Part shown: positions 10,116 to 19,500 of the stretch, piece after piece
How positions within the stretch are numbered: position 1 is the stretch's first letter
How the letters are laid out: the number at the start of each line of letters is the position of its first letter
Source: a virus
Length of the DNA stretch: 64,000 nt
Virus record (IMG/VR): IMGVR_UViG_3300028030_000011
Span: 12,294 to 76,293 of that record
Reading direction: 5' to 3' (one strand)
Made by a program: the position numbers and the translations under genes
The notes under the pieces: model-generated
The model's database searches: none
Seen by the model: the letters and a program-made list of their open reading frames with translations, nothing else
What the model was told of the DNA's origin: nothing

Positions 10116-10868
10116 ATGGAATTTAAAATAATTACAGTAGAGAATGATGAGTCGTTTGTAACGATAGATACATTAATTAAATTTAGTGGTAATGTAGAAT
10201 ACTCTGTTAAAGAATTAATAAGAGAGAATGAGTCAGATATTATGGAATTTAGAAATGAGGGTTCAACCCCCAATTTTGAAAAAAGTGAAAAAGGTAATAT
10301 TAAATGGAAACTTGTAAGACTTAATGAAGACCAAGCATCTTTTATTTTAACACTCATGGCAAACAGTCCAGAAGTTAAACTATTTAAGAAAAATCTAATC
10401 AAAGAGTTTAGAGCCTTGAAGAATCAAGTGTTAGAGATTAAGTCTCCAATGCAATTAATTCAAGAAGCTATTGTACTTGCTAATGAACAAGTAGAGAAAG
10501 AGAGAAGTGCAAAAGAGAGAGCATTGAACATGATTCAAACTGCAAAACTTATAGAATCTACTAATGAAGAATCTAAAAAAGATGTCTCAGTAGAAGAGTT
10601 CTGCAAAATGATTAGTGATAAGTATTCTGTTTTAGTTGGAAGAACGTTAATATATCATATTTTAAGAGAGATGGGATTAGTAATGAAAGACTCAACTAAA
10701 CCTACTCAAAGAGGTTTAATGGTCTATCTTGCATATCGTAAACATGAAAGAGGTTATTCAACTAGAATATTCAGAGATAAGGCAAATAAACTTGCTAAAT
10801 ACATGCTAACGTTTCTAGCAAATAACAGAGAGATTAACGATGCACTTGGTAATCCGTTTGAAATATAA
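10116..10868 (+). CDS. Rha-like + KilAC (ANT) antirepressor-like protein
   Basis: LNEDQASFILTLMANSPEVKLFKKNL; C-terminal VSVEEFCKMI...GRTLIYHILREMGL...PTQRG. Confidence 0.75.
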   Translation: MEFKIITVENDESFVTIDTLIKFSGNVEYSVKELIRENESDIMEFRNEGSTPNFEKSEKGNIKWKLVRLNEDQASFILTLMANSPEVKLFKKNLIKEFRALKNQVLEIKSPMQLIQEAIVLANEQVEKERSAKERALNMIQTAKLIESTNEESKKDVSVEEFCKMISDKYSVLVGRTLIYHILREMGLVMKDSTKPTQRGLMVYLAYRKHERGYSTRIFRDKANKLAKYMLTFLANNREINDALGNPFEI

Positions 10869-10889
10869 TATAGCAGAGGAGTTACAATT

Positions 10890-11819
10890 ATGAATGTACT
10901 ATCATTATTTGACGGTATAGGTACTGGTCAATTGGCATTGAAGCATTTAAATTTTAAAGTTGATAAATGTGTAGCTTATGAAATAGATGAATTGCCAAAA
11001 TCTATAGCTATGAGACATTTCCCTGATACTGATTATAGAGGAGATGTTAAGGAGTTTAATGTTAAAGATTTTGATTTTAAATTTGACCTCGTAATGGGTG
11101 GTAGTAGCTGTAATGACTTATCAAATGCTATGGCTAATAGAGATGGTATAGTTGGTTCAAAATCAAGTATATTCTTTGAATTTGTACGCATTTTAAAAAG
11201 CGTTAAACCTAAATACTTCTTATTTGAAAATGTAGGAAGCATGAGTAAAGCAGACGAAATAATTATAACTCAAATGCTTGGATGTGAACCAATAAAGATT
11301 AACAGTAAAGATTATTCTCCTGCTCTTCGTAATCGTTATTATTGGACTAATATTCCACAAGACAAACATGATAATGCATTTAAGAATGATATAAATTTAA
11401 ATGATATTCTTGAAGATGGTTGGTATTCAGATAGAAAGAAAGCTAGAGCATTATTGGCTTCTGATAGTAGACCTCTTACATCTCCTATTAAGATGATGCA
11501 TCGTTATATTAATACCGGATTTACAACTGTAGTATTCAGAAATAAAGAGATTGCAGATATGATGATTAAAGATTTCAAAGAAAGATTCTATGGGTTAAAA
11601 GCCAAAGATATTGATATGGAGTCTATTGATAAAAATATATACAGTAGCGAAAATATTAGATATTTGAACCAACTAGAATTAGAATCATGTCAAACTATAC
11701 CTCATGGCTATACAGATGGATTAACTAGAAATCAAGCTGCACATGTACTTGGTAATGGATGGACTTGTCTTGTTATTATGAAGCTACTTAACGGAATGGA
11801 AATGGAGAAAACATTATGA
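10890..11819 (+). CDS. DNA (cytosine-5) methyltransferase
   Basis: VLSLFDGIG, GGSSCNDLS, FENV, RNRYYW, LGNGW. Confidence 0.85.
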   Translation: MNVLSLFDGIGTGQLALKHLNFKVDKCVAYEIDELPKSIAMRHFPDTDYRGDVKEFNVKDFDFKFDLVMGGSSCNDLSNAMANRDGIVGSKSSIFFEFVRILKSVKPKYFLFENVGSMSKADEIIITQMLGCEPIKINSKDYSPALRNRYYWTNIPQDKHDNAFKNDINLNDILEDGWYSDRKKARALLASDSRPLTSPIKMMHRYINTGFTTVVFRNKEIADMMIKDFKERFYGLKAKDIDMESIDKNIYSSENIRYLNQLELESCQTIPHGYTDGLTRNQAAHVLGNGWTCLVIMKLLNGMEMEKTL

Positions 11820-12178
11820 TATGTATAACAGATTCTAGTGGTGGAGTATTATTTGAAGATGATGAAATATCTCTTGAAGAAGCAAATGCCATAGTAAATA
11901 CTTATGGTAAAAAAAATGAAAAATACTATATTCAAGTAGCTAATTCAGGAATTATATTGGATGATGAACTGAAAGAATTGATTGAACAGTATTATACTAA
12001 GGAAGAAATATTTGAATTATTTTTAGTATCTAGTTTAAACATCACAACAATGTTAGAATATGAGATAAAACCTATTGTTAAAAAAGCATCATTAAAAAAA
12101 TTTGAAAAATTATTATTGGGTATTAAAGAGACTCAAATAGATTTTAAAGACACTACATTTGATATACTTAAAAGATAA
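11816..12178 (+). CDS. hypothetical protein
   Basis: 120-aa ORF, ATGA coupling to upstream gene. Confidence 0.55.
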   Translation: MICITDSSGGVLFEDDEISLEEANAIVNTYGKKNEKYYIQVANSGIILDDELKELIEQYYTKEEIFELFLVSSLNITTMLEYEIKPIVKKASLKKFEKLLLGIKETQIDFKDTTFDILKR

Positions 12179-12181
12179 TAA

Positions 12182-12691
12182 ATGATGCAAAATTGGATTA
12201 CAAAAGATAAATTAGTAGATAATATTCATAAAGATATTCATGGTTTTGTATATTGTATCTATTATGAAGATGGTAAAAAATATATTGGTAAAAAGTCTTG
12301 TCACTCTTATATAACTAAACGACCTCTTAAAAGAGGTACAAATAAAGGATTTGTTTGCAAGATTAAAAGAACTGTGTATAGGGATATAGATGGTTCAATC
12401 GTTACGAGCAAAAACAAAATAAAAGCTCTAAGAGCGAAAGGGATTAAAGGAAAGATAGAAGAGTTTGATAAATGTATAGTGGAAAGTAATTGGCGTAAAT
12501 ATATAGGTTCTAGCAAAGAAGCAAAAGCTAGAAAAAATATGATTACTAAAAGAGAAATATTACATTTTTGTAGAAATAAAAAATATCTTTCATATATGGA
12601 GACAAAAGAGTTATTTTGTAGAGAAGTATTGGAAAATGAAAATTACATTAATGATAATATAAATGGTAGCTATTACCGAAAGGACGTATAG
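12182..12691 (+). CDS. GIY-YIG-like protein
   Basis: GFVYCI...KYIGKK, WRKYIGSS, REILH, YINDNING. Confidence 0.7.
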   Translation: MMQNWITKDKLVDNIHKDIHGFVYCIYYEDGKKYIGKKSCHSYITKRPLKRGTNKGFVCKIKRTVYRDIDGSIVTSKNKIKALRAKGIKGKIEEFDKCIVESNWRKYIGSSKEAKARKNMITKREILHFCRNKKYLSYMETKELFCREVLENENYINDNINGSYYRKDV

Positions 12692-12886
12692 ATGCATTGG
12701 TATATGTTGATGAAACAAATACTTAAACAAGGTCTTATAGAGTCTACAGAAGCTGTTATATATGATAGTAGTGGTTTTATGCTTTATGAACCAAAACACG
12801 AAGATATAAATCAATATGAAGCTGATATGATAGCATATCAAGAATACATAAGCGATAACTATGGAATGGGATATAAATATGAATAA
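12692..12886 (+). CDS. hypothetical protein
   Basis: Short ORF in tightly packed operon. Confidence 0.4.
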   Translation: MHWYMLMKQILKQGLIESTEAVIYDSSGFMLYEPKHEDINQYEADMIAYQEYISDNYGMGYKYE

Positions 12887-13115
12887 TATAAAACAGCAAT
12901 TATTAACTAGAAATCAATTTATAATGCTTTTAGCAAATACTCCAGAAGAGTATATTTATGATAATAAAACAGGAGAAGGAAAAGCATGGTTTTATTCAAA
13001 TAAATTTGTAGAACCTTTACAAATGAGACAAGATGATGGAAAGATAAGAGAATTTAAACTTTCTGAAATACCTTTGAGAGCTACATATTGGGTGGTTCAG
13101 CATGAAAACAATTAA
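12861..13115 (+). CDS. hypothetical protein
   Basis: Short ORF in tightly packed operon. Confidence 0.45.
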   Translation: MEWDINMNNIKQQLLTRNQFIMLLANTPEEYIYDNKTGEGKAWFYSNKFVEPLQMRQDDGKIREFKLSEIPLRATYWVVQHENN

Positions 13116-13236
13116 AGCTATAGCAACAGCTTTAGGAGCTATGACAATAGTTACTCTATTGATTGTAGCACCATTACAGCTATTTGTAGGAACAATGGTA
13201 TTTCTATTGATAATGGAAGAAAAGGAGACAAAATAA
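13102..13236 (+). CDS. small membrane protein (44 aa, not in ORF track)
   Basis: MKTIKAIATALGAMTIVTLLIVAPLQLFVGTMVFLLIMEEKETK fills the gap in the operon. Confidence 0.5.
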   Translation: MKTIKAIATALGAMTIVTLLIVAPLQLFVGTMVFLLIMEEKETK

Positions 13237-13237
13237 T

Positions 13238-13468
13238 ATGTATTTAACAAAATGTTTAAAATGCAATACAATTATGTATGAGGATAATCCTAGTGAAGTC
13301 AGTAGAGATTATACTGATAAAGAGATAGAGGATATTAATATATTAAATATTACAATAGTATATGATGATAATGATGATGAAAAAGAGTATGGATTTTTAG
13401 CATGTCCTAAATGTTTACATGATGGTAATTTAATTGATTGTGTAGATGACATAAAGGAATATAAATGA
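13238..13468 (+). CDS. small zinc-ribbon protein
   Basis: CLKC...CPKC; AAGGAG RBS. Confidence 0.55.
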   Translation: MYLTKCLKCNTIMYEDNPSEVSRDYTDKEIEDINILNITIVYDDNDDEKEYGFLACPKCLHDGNLIDCVDDIKEYK

Positions 13469-13776
13469 AACATCCATTATTGAATGAAAATAGTATTCAT
13501 TATGATACAAATGATAAACCTACAATATATGAGATTGAAAAAGAACTTACAATTGAAGAGATGATAGGTGCTTGTAAATTTAATATAATGAAATACAGAA
13601 TGAGAGATAAAGGTCAAGATGTAGAAGATAATGAAAAAATAACAGACTATATCGCTTATAGAGTATTCTTGGAATTATTGATAGAAGAATATAAAGATAC
13701 TCTTGATGATATAAGAGGATATAGAGTAAGAACTATAATTGATACATGTATGCCTGACTTGGAGTATAAATCATGA
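13465..13776 (+). CDS. DUF3310-like protein
   Basis: HY...EMIGACKFNIMKYRMR..KGQ..ED..K pattern. Confidence 0.65.
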   Translation: MKHPLLNENSIHYDTNDKPTIYEIEKELTIEEMIGACKFNIMKYRMRDKGQDVEDNEKITDYIAYRVFLELLIEEYKDTLDDIRGYRVRTIIDTCMPDLEYKS

Positions 13777-13845
13777 ATGATATTATATTAGGAATAGTAG
13801 CATTGAAAATATCAATGTTAATGACTATGATTTTAAAGGTTATTT

Positions 13846-13870
13846 TGAACCACATATAAGAGATGGTTCA
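13846..13870. terminator. TGAACCA-N11-TGGTTCA palindrome between convergent transcripts (partial cassette repeat A)
   Basis: Perfect 7-bp arms flanked by T-rich sequence. Confidence 0.55.
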
Positions 13871-13876
13871 TTTTTA

Positions 13877-14488
13877 TTATGCTAGTAGATTTTTAGCTTC
13901 TTCTATTTTAGTTTCATAGTAAGAAGCTATTTGTTTAAATTCTTCTTGCAATCTTTCAACCTCTGACTTCTGAGGCTTATTTGCTTTACACCATCTATCA
14001 TAAGCATTTCTTACTAAAGAAGAATCATAGGTTGGAGTATTATAAATCATTTTACCAACAGTACCATTTAATTCATCTGGTATTTCTCTTCTAACAGTTA
14101 TTTTGGCTTTTGTTTGAGCTAATCCACTCCATACTAAAGCATCCCATACCTCAGTCTCCATTACATCATCTTCAATATCTTCAAATGTAGTACCTATACA
14201 ACCTCTAACACTCATATAGCCATTTTCATATACTTTTGGTTTTTTAGCTATTTTAACAGCTTGTTCTATAGTTGGTCTTAATTCTCCTTTTTTATCTGTA
14301 TATTTAACGGGCTGAAATTTCAGCTCGTTAAATCTTTCTTCATCAAGAGTTGAAATCATTTTATTGAAATCAGAAACTAAATTTTTATTCTCTTTTCCAT
14401 ATTGGTCAGCTACATCTTTTAATGTCATTTTAAATCCTGCATTTTGCAAGAAACTCTCTGTTGGTGTTAATTCGATTAAATCTTTCAT
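13877..14488 (-). CDS. Rha N-terminus + KilAC-like C-terminal domain protein (cassette A1)
   Basis: MTLKDVADQYGKENKNLV...YTDKKGELRP followed by KPKVYENGYMSVRG. Confidence 0.75.
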   Translation of the reverse strand: MKDLIELTPTESFLQNAGFKMTLKDVADQYGKENKNLVSDFNKMISTLDEERFNELKFQPVKYTDKKGELRPTIEQAVKIAKKPKVYENGYMSVRGCIGTTFEDIEDDVMETEVWDALVWSGLAQTKAKITVRREIPDELNGTVGKMIYNTPTYDSSLVRNAYDRWCKANKPQKSEVERLQEEFKQIASYYETKIEEAKNLLA

Positions 14489-14552
14489 AGATTTATCCTT
14501 TAATTAAAAGTACGGACAATGATAAATTTTGTGAGAGTGAAGTTATGAAGAA

Positions 14553-14739
14553 TCTTGTCCAGAGAGTTCTTCAAACTATATATACACTCATTTCAGGTTC
14601 AAAAGTAGTTTAGAGAGGTAAAGTTACCTCTCAAAGAACTCTCTGGACGAGAAATCAATGTATACAAAACAATAAGTTTACTCAATGGTATTCATCTCTG
14701 AATACCTAGAAAGTGGCTTGAACACCATTCAGTAAACTT
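14553..14739 (-). ncRNA. double-hairpin structured leader of cassette A1
   Basis: GTCCAGAGAGTTCTT/AAGAACTCTCTGGAC perfect arms; second 21-bp imperfect stem 14674-14739. Confidence 0.6.
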
Positions 14740-14747
14740 TATAACAG

Positions 14748-14790
14748 TATATCACATCTATTTTAAGAACCACCTATAAGAGATGGTTCA
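14748..14790 (-). repeat. cassette repeat A (palindrome plus extended -10 promoter)
   Basis: TATATCACATCTATTTTAAGAACCACCTATAAGAGATGGTTCA, identical to the copy at 15595-15637. Confidence 0.9.
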
Positions 14791-14840
14791 GTTCTACCTT
14801 TTCCTGACTGACTCGCCTGACTGTCGAGCCAATAATTTAA

Positions 14841-15443
14841 TTAGTTGTAATACTGCTTTAATAAATTTATTGCACTATCAAATTTTATATAAGGTGTTTG
14901 AAACTCACCTCTAGTCTTCAATAAGCCATTGCAATCATTTTTCATGTGCCAATATCTAGTTGGTCTTATTGAATCTTCTATTGCTCCAAGTTTAACAAAG
15001 AACTCTTGTATTTGAGATTCTGTATAATCAGTTCTTTGTGCTATACCTCTTATAGAAGAATATCCATCAGAATCTATCATGCATAATTTCTTTTCTGATT
15101 TCAATAGTTTAATCTCTTCTTCTTTTGATGCTGTTAACATTTCATAAATAATATTATCACACCAAATTGCAAATTCTGGAGAAATCCATCTAGCAAATAT
15201 AATCAATAAACTATTATGGATTAATGTCTTTCCAACTATAGTTGTATTGATTAAGGTTCTTTTAACAGCGTTACATTTTTGTAACGCACTTAAATATTCC
15301 TTAACTCCTTTTGATTTTCTCCAATGAGTAAAATTTTTACCATGAGATTTAGCTATACCACTAACATCAATCATAAATTCTTTTTCATTGATTACCTCTA
15401 TAGGCAATACAGCTTCATTAAAAACTTTTACAAGTTCTTTCAT
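14841..15443 (-). CDS. KilA-N + KilAC-like domain protein (cassette A2)
   Basis: IDVSGIAKSHGKNFTHW, TLIHNSLLIIFARWISPEFAIWCD; start moved to MKELVK. Confidence 0.8.
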   Translation of the reverse strand: MKELVKVFNEAVLPIEVINEKEFMIDVSGIAKSHGKNFTHWRKSKGVKEYLSALQKCNAVKRTLINTTIVGKTLIHNSLLIIFARWISPEFAIWCDNIIYEMLTASKEEEIKLLKSEKKLCMIDSDGYSSIRGIAQRTDYTESQIQEFFVKLGAIEDSIRPTRYWHMKNDCNGLLKTRGEFQTPYIKFDSAINLLKQYYN

Positions 15444-15485
15444 GATATTTTCTTTCCATAACAATAATTCTAAGTTTTGATTGAT

Positions 15486-15588
15486 GGTGTATGAAATCAA
15501 CAATCACAAATTAATAACTTAGAGGTATATGAAAATTGAGTAATTTCCATATACCAATTATTGGCTTCATACACCTCTAAGCTATTAA
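15486..15588 (-). ncRNA. structured leader RNA of cassette A2
   Basis: 23-bp stem 15511-15533/15566-15588; 15557-15575 complementary to 15486-15504. Confidence 0.6.
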
Positions 15589-15589
15589 C

Positions 15590-15637
15590 AAAATTATATC
15601 ACATCTATTTTAAGAACCACCTATAAGAGATGGTTCA
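15590..15637 (-). repeat. cassette repeat A (48 bp)
   Basis: Minus strand reads TGAACCA-N11-TGGTTC-TTAAAATAGATG-TGATATAAT-TTT. Confidence 0.9.
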
Positions 15638-15642
15638 TTTAG

Positions 15643-16374
15643 CTATGCTAACAGATTTTCATCAACATACTTTATTGCAGCGTTAGAGAATCTCTCTCTC
15701 AATTCATCGGCTTCTTCTGATGTTGGTTTGCCATCTTGAATATATTTATAAACTAAATCATTTATGAATTTTAAATCAAATGTAGGTAGTCCATAACTAG
15801 TTCTTGAAGCCATCACATATTTAGCAATCTCATTATCTGTATCTATATCTCTTGATATTGTAATTTTAGGCATAGTCTTAACATACCCATAATGAACTAG
15901 CATATCCCATGCTTCATGTTCTTTTACTACTTCTATACCTTGCTCTTTCAATTCTACTAAACAACCCTTCAAACTCATAAAACCATTGTCATATACTTTT
16001 GGCTTTTTAGCATCTCTTATTGCTTTTGCCTTTTCTTTAGAAAATTCAATCCTTAAAGCATCTTCTCTAATCTTTTGAATTTCATCTCTCATAGTAAAAA
16101 ATTGATTTACAAGTTCCTCTTTGAATTTTTCAGTAATTTCATTGTTTGGTAACAATGTTAAAAGTAAGGTACAAGATTTTTCATCAAACTTCATTTCAGA
16201 ATAATTTAAGTCTTCCGACAAATCGTATGGATAACTTAATCCATTCTTAATCAACATATTTATCTTTCGTTTAACTATTTTCTTAACAGCTTCATCTCCA
16301 AGTTTAGAAAATTTAATAATAGTAGATAATTCTACAACAGCATTAGTGTTTTCAATAGTAATAAGATTTTGCAT
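15643..16374 (-). CDS. Rha-like + KilAC-like domain protein (cassette A3)
   Basis: TLLLTLLPNNEITEKFKEELVNQF; KPKVYDNGFMSLKG; GAGGA RBS before MQNLIT. Confidence 0.75.
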   Translation of the reverse strand: MQNLITIENTNAVVELSTIIKFSKLGDEAVKKIVKRKINMLIKNGLSYPYDLSEDLNYSEMKFDEKSCTLLLTLLPNNEITEKFKEELVNQFFTMRDEIQKIREDALRIEFSKEKAKAIRDAKKPKVYDNGFMSLKGCLVELKEQGIEVVKEHEAWDMLVHYGYVKTMPKITISRDIDTDNEIAKYVMASRTSYGLPTFDLKFINDLVYKYIQDGKPTSEEADELRERFSNAAIKYVDENLLA

Positions 16375-16418
16375 CTTTATTCCTCTTAACAATGGTAATA
16401 AATTTAGAGTTTGGATTT

Positions 16419-16526
16419 GATGTACCAAATCAATCCATAAACCTATTTAATATAGTAAACTCAAAGATGAACCAATTACGAGTGTAATTAGAACATCAAG
16501 ATGATTTGGTACATCTTTCAATTTAC
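16419..16526 (-). ncRNA. structured leader RNA of cassette A3
   Basis: Stem 16455-16474/16507-16526; 16502-16515 is the perfect 14-nt complement of 16419-16432. Confidence 0.6.
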
Positions 16527-16531
16527 ATACT

Positions 16532-16579
16532 AAAATTATATCACATCTATTTTAAGAACCACCTATATAGGATGGTTCA
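16532..16579 (-). repeat. cassette repeat A (48 bp), directly after vRNAP stop
   Basis: Near-identical to 15590-15637; differences only in the palindrome spacer. Confidence 0.9.
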
Positions 16580-16580
16580 T

Positions 16581-19500
16581 TTAAAGCATATCATTTATAA
16601 TATGTACTGGTGCAGGAATAATTAAATCCTCTATATTTCCAAATGGATTTCTCATCTTCTCATCAGGAGTCATTAGTAACCAATAATTCTCAAATGGTGT
16701 AGCTATATCATATACCACTTTTTCAAATGCTTCTATAGCAAGTACAGTCTTAGGATTCTCTCTTAATAGCCTAGACATTACTTTTTGCATTCTAAGATAG
16801 TATTTAATGAATGGAAACCAAGCTACTTGGTCAGCCCATCTAACAGCTTTACCAAGAGGTATATCATACTGAACAAAATCATCTAATGCTTCATCATATA
16901 TCTGTTGATATGATTTATTTGTATTGTTCTCTTTCTCTAACTCTATTTGAGCATATCTAGCTGTAAAATCACTAGCTTGTGTAAAGTGATACATGAGTTT
17001 AAAATAGTTAGTGTCTTCTGCTAAATACAATTCTCTACCTATTTTTACTACCTTTTCAGGTAATATTTCTTCAACTTTATCTATAGCATCTCTGATAGGT
17101 TTTAGAGACTCAAAAGCTTTATTAATAGTTATGTCTTCTATTCTAGCTGACAATAATCCATCATCAATTAAACTTCTTATCTTATTCTGGTTCAATCTAC
17201 TTTGCAAATCTGTAATTAACTCTTCATCATAAAGTAACCCAGAATCTCTTTTAAGCTCTTCTTGCTTAAGTAAATCATCAGTTCTCATATAATCATTGAG
17301 ATACAAAAGACCTTCTTTTTGTTTTGCGTATATATCTCTTAAAGAATATCCTTTTGATTTAGTGAGGAATAAGTTAGAAACAAAGTTGCTTAACAACGTA
17401 AGAGGATATTTGATAATTACAGTAGCTTTCCATAATCCCATTAATTCTTTCCAAAAATCTTCTGCAAATTTTGCAACTTTCTTCATTGTTGGTATGTCAT
17501 TAAAAATACTAGATATAGAGCTATCACGAGAACCAAGAAATATATTTTTAGTATTACCATTAGCTGGTATATAGAATCTGCCTTTATATTTATCAACAAT
17601 ATAGTCTCTAGTATCTTGTGGCAACATATACCATATATCATCATATTCACTTACTTTATTCTCAAAGCCTTTACTAGCAAATGGAGCTGATATTTTTATC
17701 CACTCTTTATTGTCTGTTTTATCTACAAACTTATCAACTGTTTCATTATCTTCTAGTCCAAGTCTAACAATACTATCAATAACTCTAATATTTACTTCTT
17801 TTGCTTTTTGCTTTTCAAATCCTCTAGCTCTTTGGTTCGCATATATATCAGCAATATTGTATGAGTATTTTAGATATTTTTTCTTCTCTTCAAATGATAA
17901 TGGGTCATAATCATAGCGTGAACCATTTCTATTGAATACATACTCAGTATTATGAATTTTTACAAAATTAGGTCTAGCTCTACCATAAAGTTCAAAATAC
18001 AATTTATCTATATCTTGACTAACACTCTTTTCACCATATACTAATGCTCCTCTAGTATATGAATTCATTTCAGGAGTAAGAGAATATACATGAATATTAC
18101 CCGGACTAAATGGATTCTTAATTATCTTAATTCTTTCTCCACCTAATTCTCTGACTCTTTTTATTTCATCTTTGTTACTGTCTAATATATTTACTACAGA
18201 ATTAACTTTACTACTGTTTTGTATAGCAAGACCATCTTGAACTAAATCAGGGTTATCATGATAGAATTGCTCTAACATCTCTCTCTCATAGCTGTTTGTC
18301 ATAATCATTAAATCATGAAATGCATTCTTATCTTTTGTTACTTTAGATAAAAACTCTTTTTTGTAATTTTTTATTCCTAATAAAGATGCTAAAGCTGTCA
18401 TCTCATTCTTTTTGCTAAAATCAAATCTAGTAGCAATAACATGTATATTTCTAAATTTAGTATTCTCATCATGAGTGAGTCTATATTTAACTAGCTTCTT
18501 AATGTGTGGAATAGATTTTTTAGGAACTAATTTTTCTAATCTTCTTATCTCTTCATTTGGATTCTCAATAAGAGATAATATTTGGTCTATTGAATACCCT
18601 ACATCTAATAAATTACCAACTTTAGATGAATTAAGTAAGTTACCTAACAATGACTTCTCATATTCATTTAGACCCATATATTGAATCTTTTCATTAATAA
18701 ACTCATGTGTATTGGTTCGTAATTTTTCTCTTACAATATCAACTTCTTTAATTGAATTTCTAAGCTCTTGAACTTCAATGCTAGTATCTTTTGCTGTTTT
18801 AAATATATTATCACCCAATACTTGCAATTCATCAACTATATTATTTAGGAAACCTTCTTTATCTATTCTCGCTTTAGACATAGAATCAATACCTTTTGAG
18901 ATAATATCACCAATTGCATAACCAAACTCTTTTTTAGAGAATGGAATATTATTCATAGCCATAATAGCTAAAACTTTAGCAATTGTTTTTGTGTCTCCAA
19001 CTATAAATTTAGATATATTTCTTTTTAAAGAATCACTATCTTTTGACATATATTCAATTATATGAAAAACAGAAGATTTATTATCCTTGATTAAATCACT
19101 TCTTATTTTCAATGTTTTACTATGATAGAAGAATGCTAATTTGTTAACATTTGGTTTAATATTTTCATTATATTTATCACCAGCAAATCTAAGAGCTTTA
19201 TACACACCATTAAATACTTTATTCTCATTTTCAATAGTTATTCCTACACTCTGTTTTACAAGTGTTTGTAATTTACTTTGCATATCTAAATCTATTCTTC
19301 CATTAGTGAGAAGCATAGTTAATTTCTTTAATGAAGATGTAACAATATTTACAAGATTACTCAAAATAGAACCATTACCTTTATTCAATATTGTATTCAT
19401 GCCAGATAGATTGTTCATAAAATTCTTATTTGTTAATCCATATGCTGCAAACTCTGATACATCTCCTTTACCACCAAATACATGTTTAGCCATTCTTTTA

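Noticed and set aside
14803-14829. GC-richer stub with CCTGACTG twice between cassette A2 stop and repeat A
   Set aside because: Too short to interpret; possibly a recombination scar
13877-15660. Shared C-terminal NLLA in cassette proteins A1 and A3 as a protease degron
   Set aside because: Could simply reflect common ancestry of the 3' ends; no independent evidence
13846-16579. CRISPR array or integron interpretation of repeat A
   Set aside because: Spacers are 0.8-0.9 kb genes rather than 30-40 nt; no integrase or attC-type GTTRRRY ends seen; each unit has its own promoter
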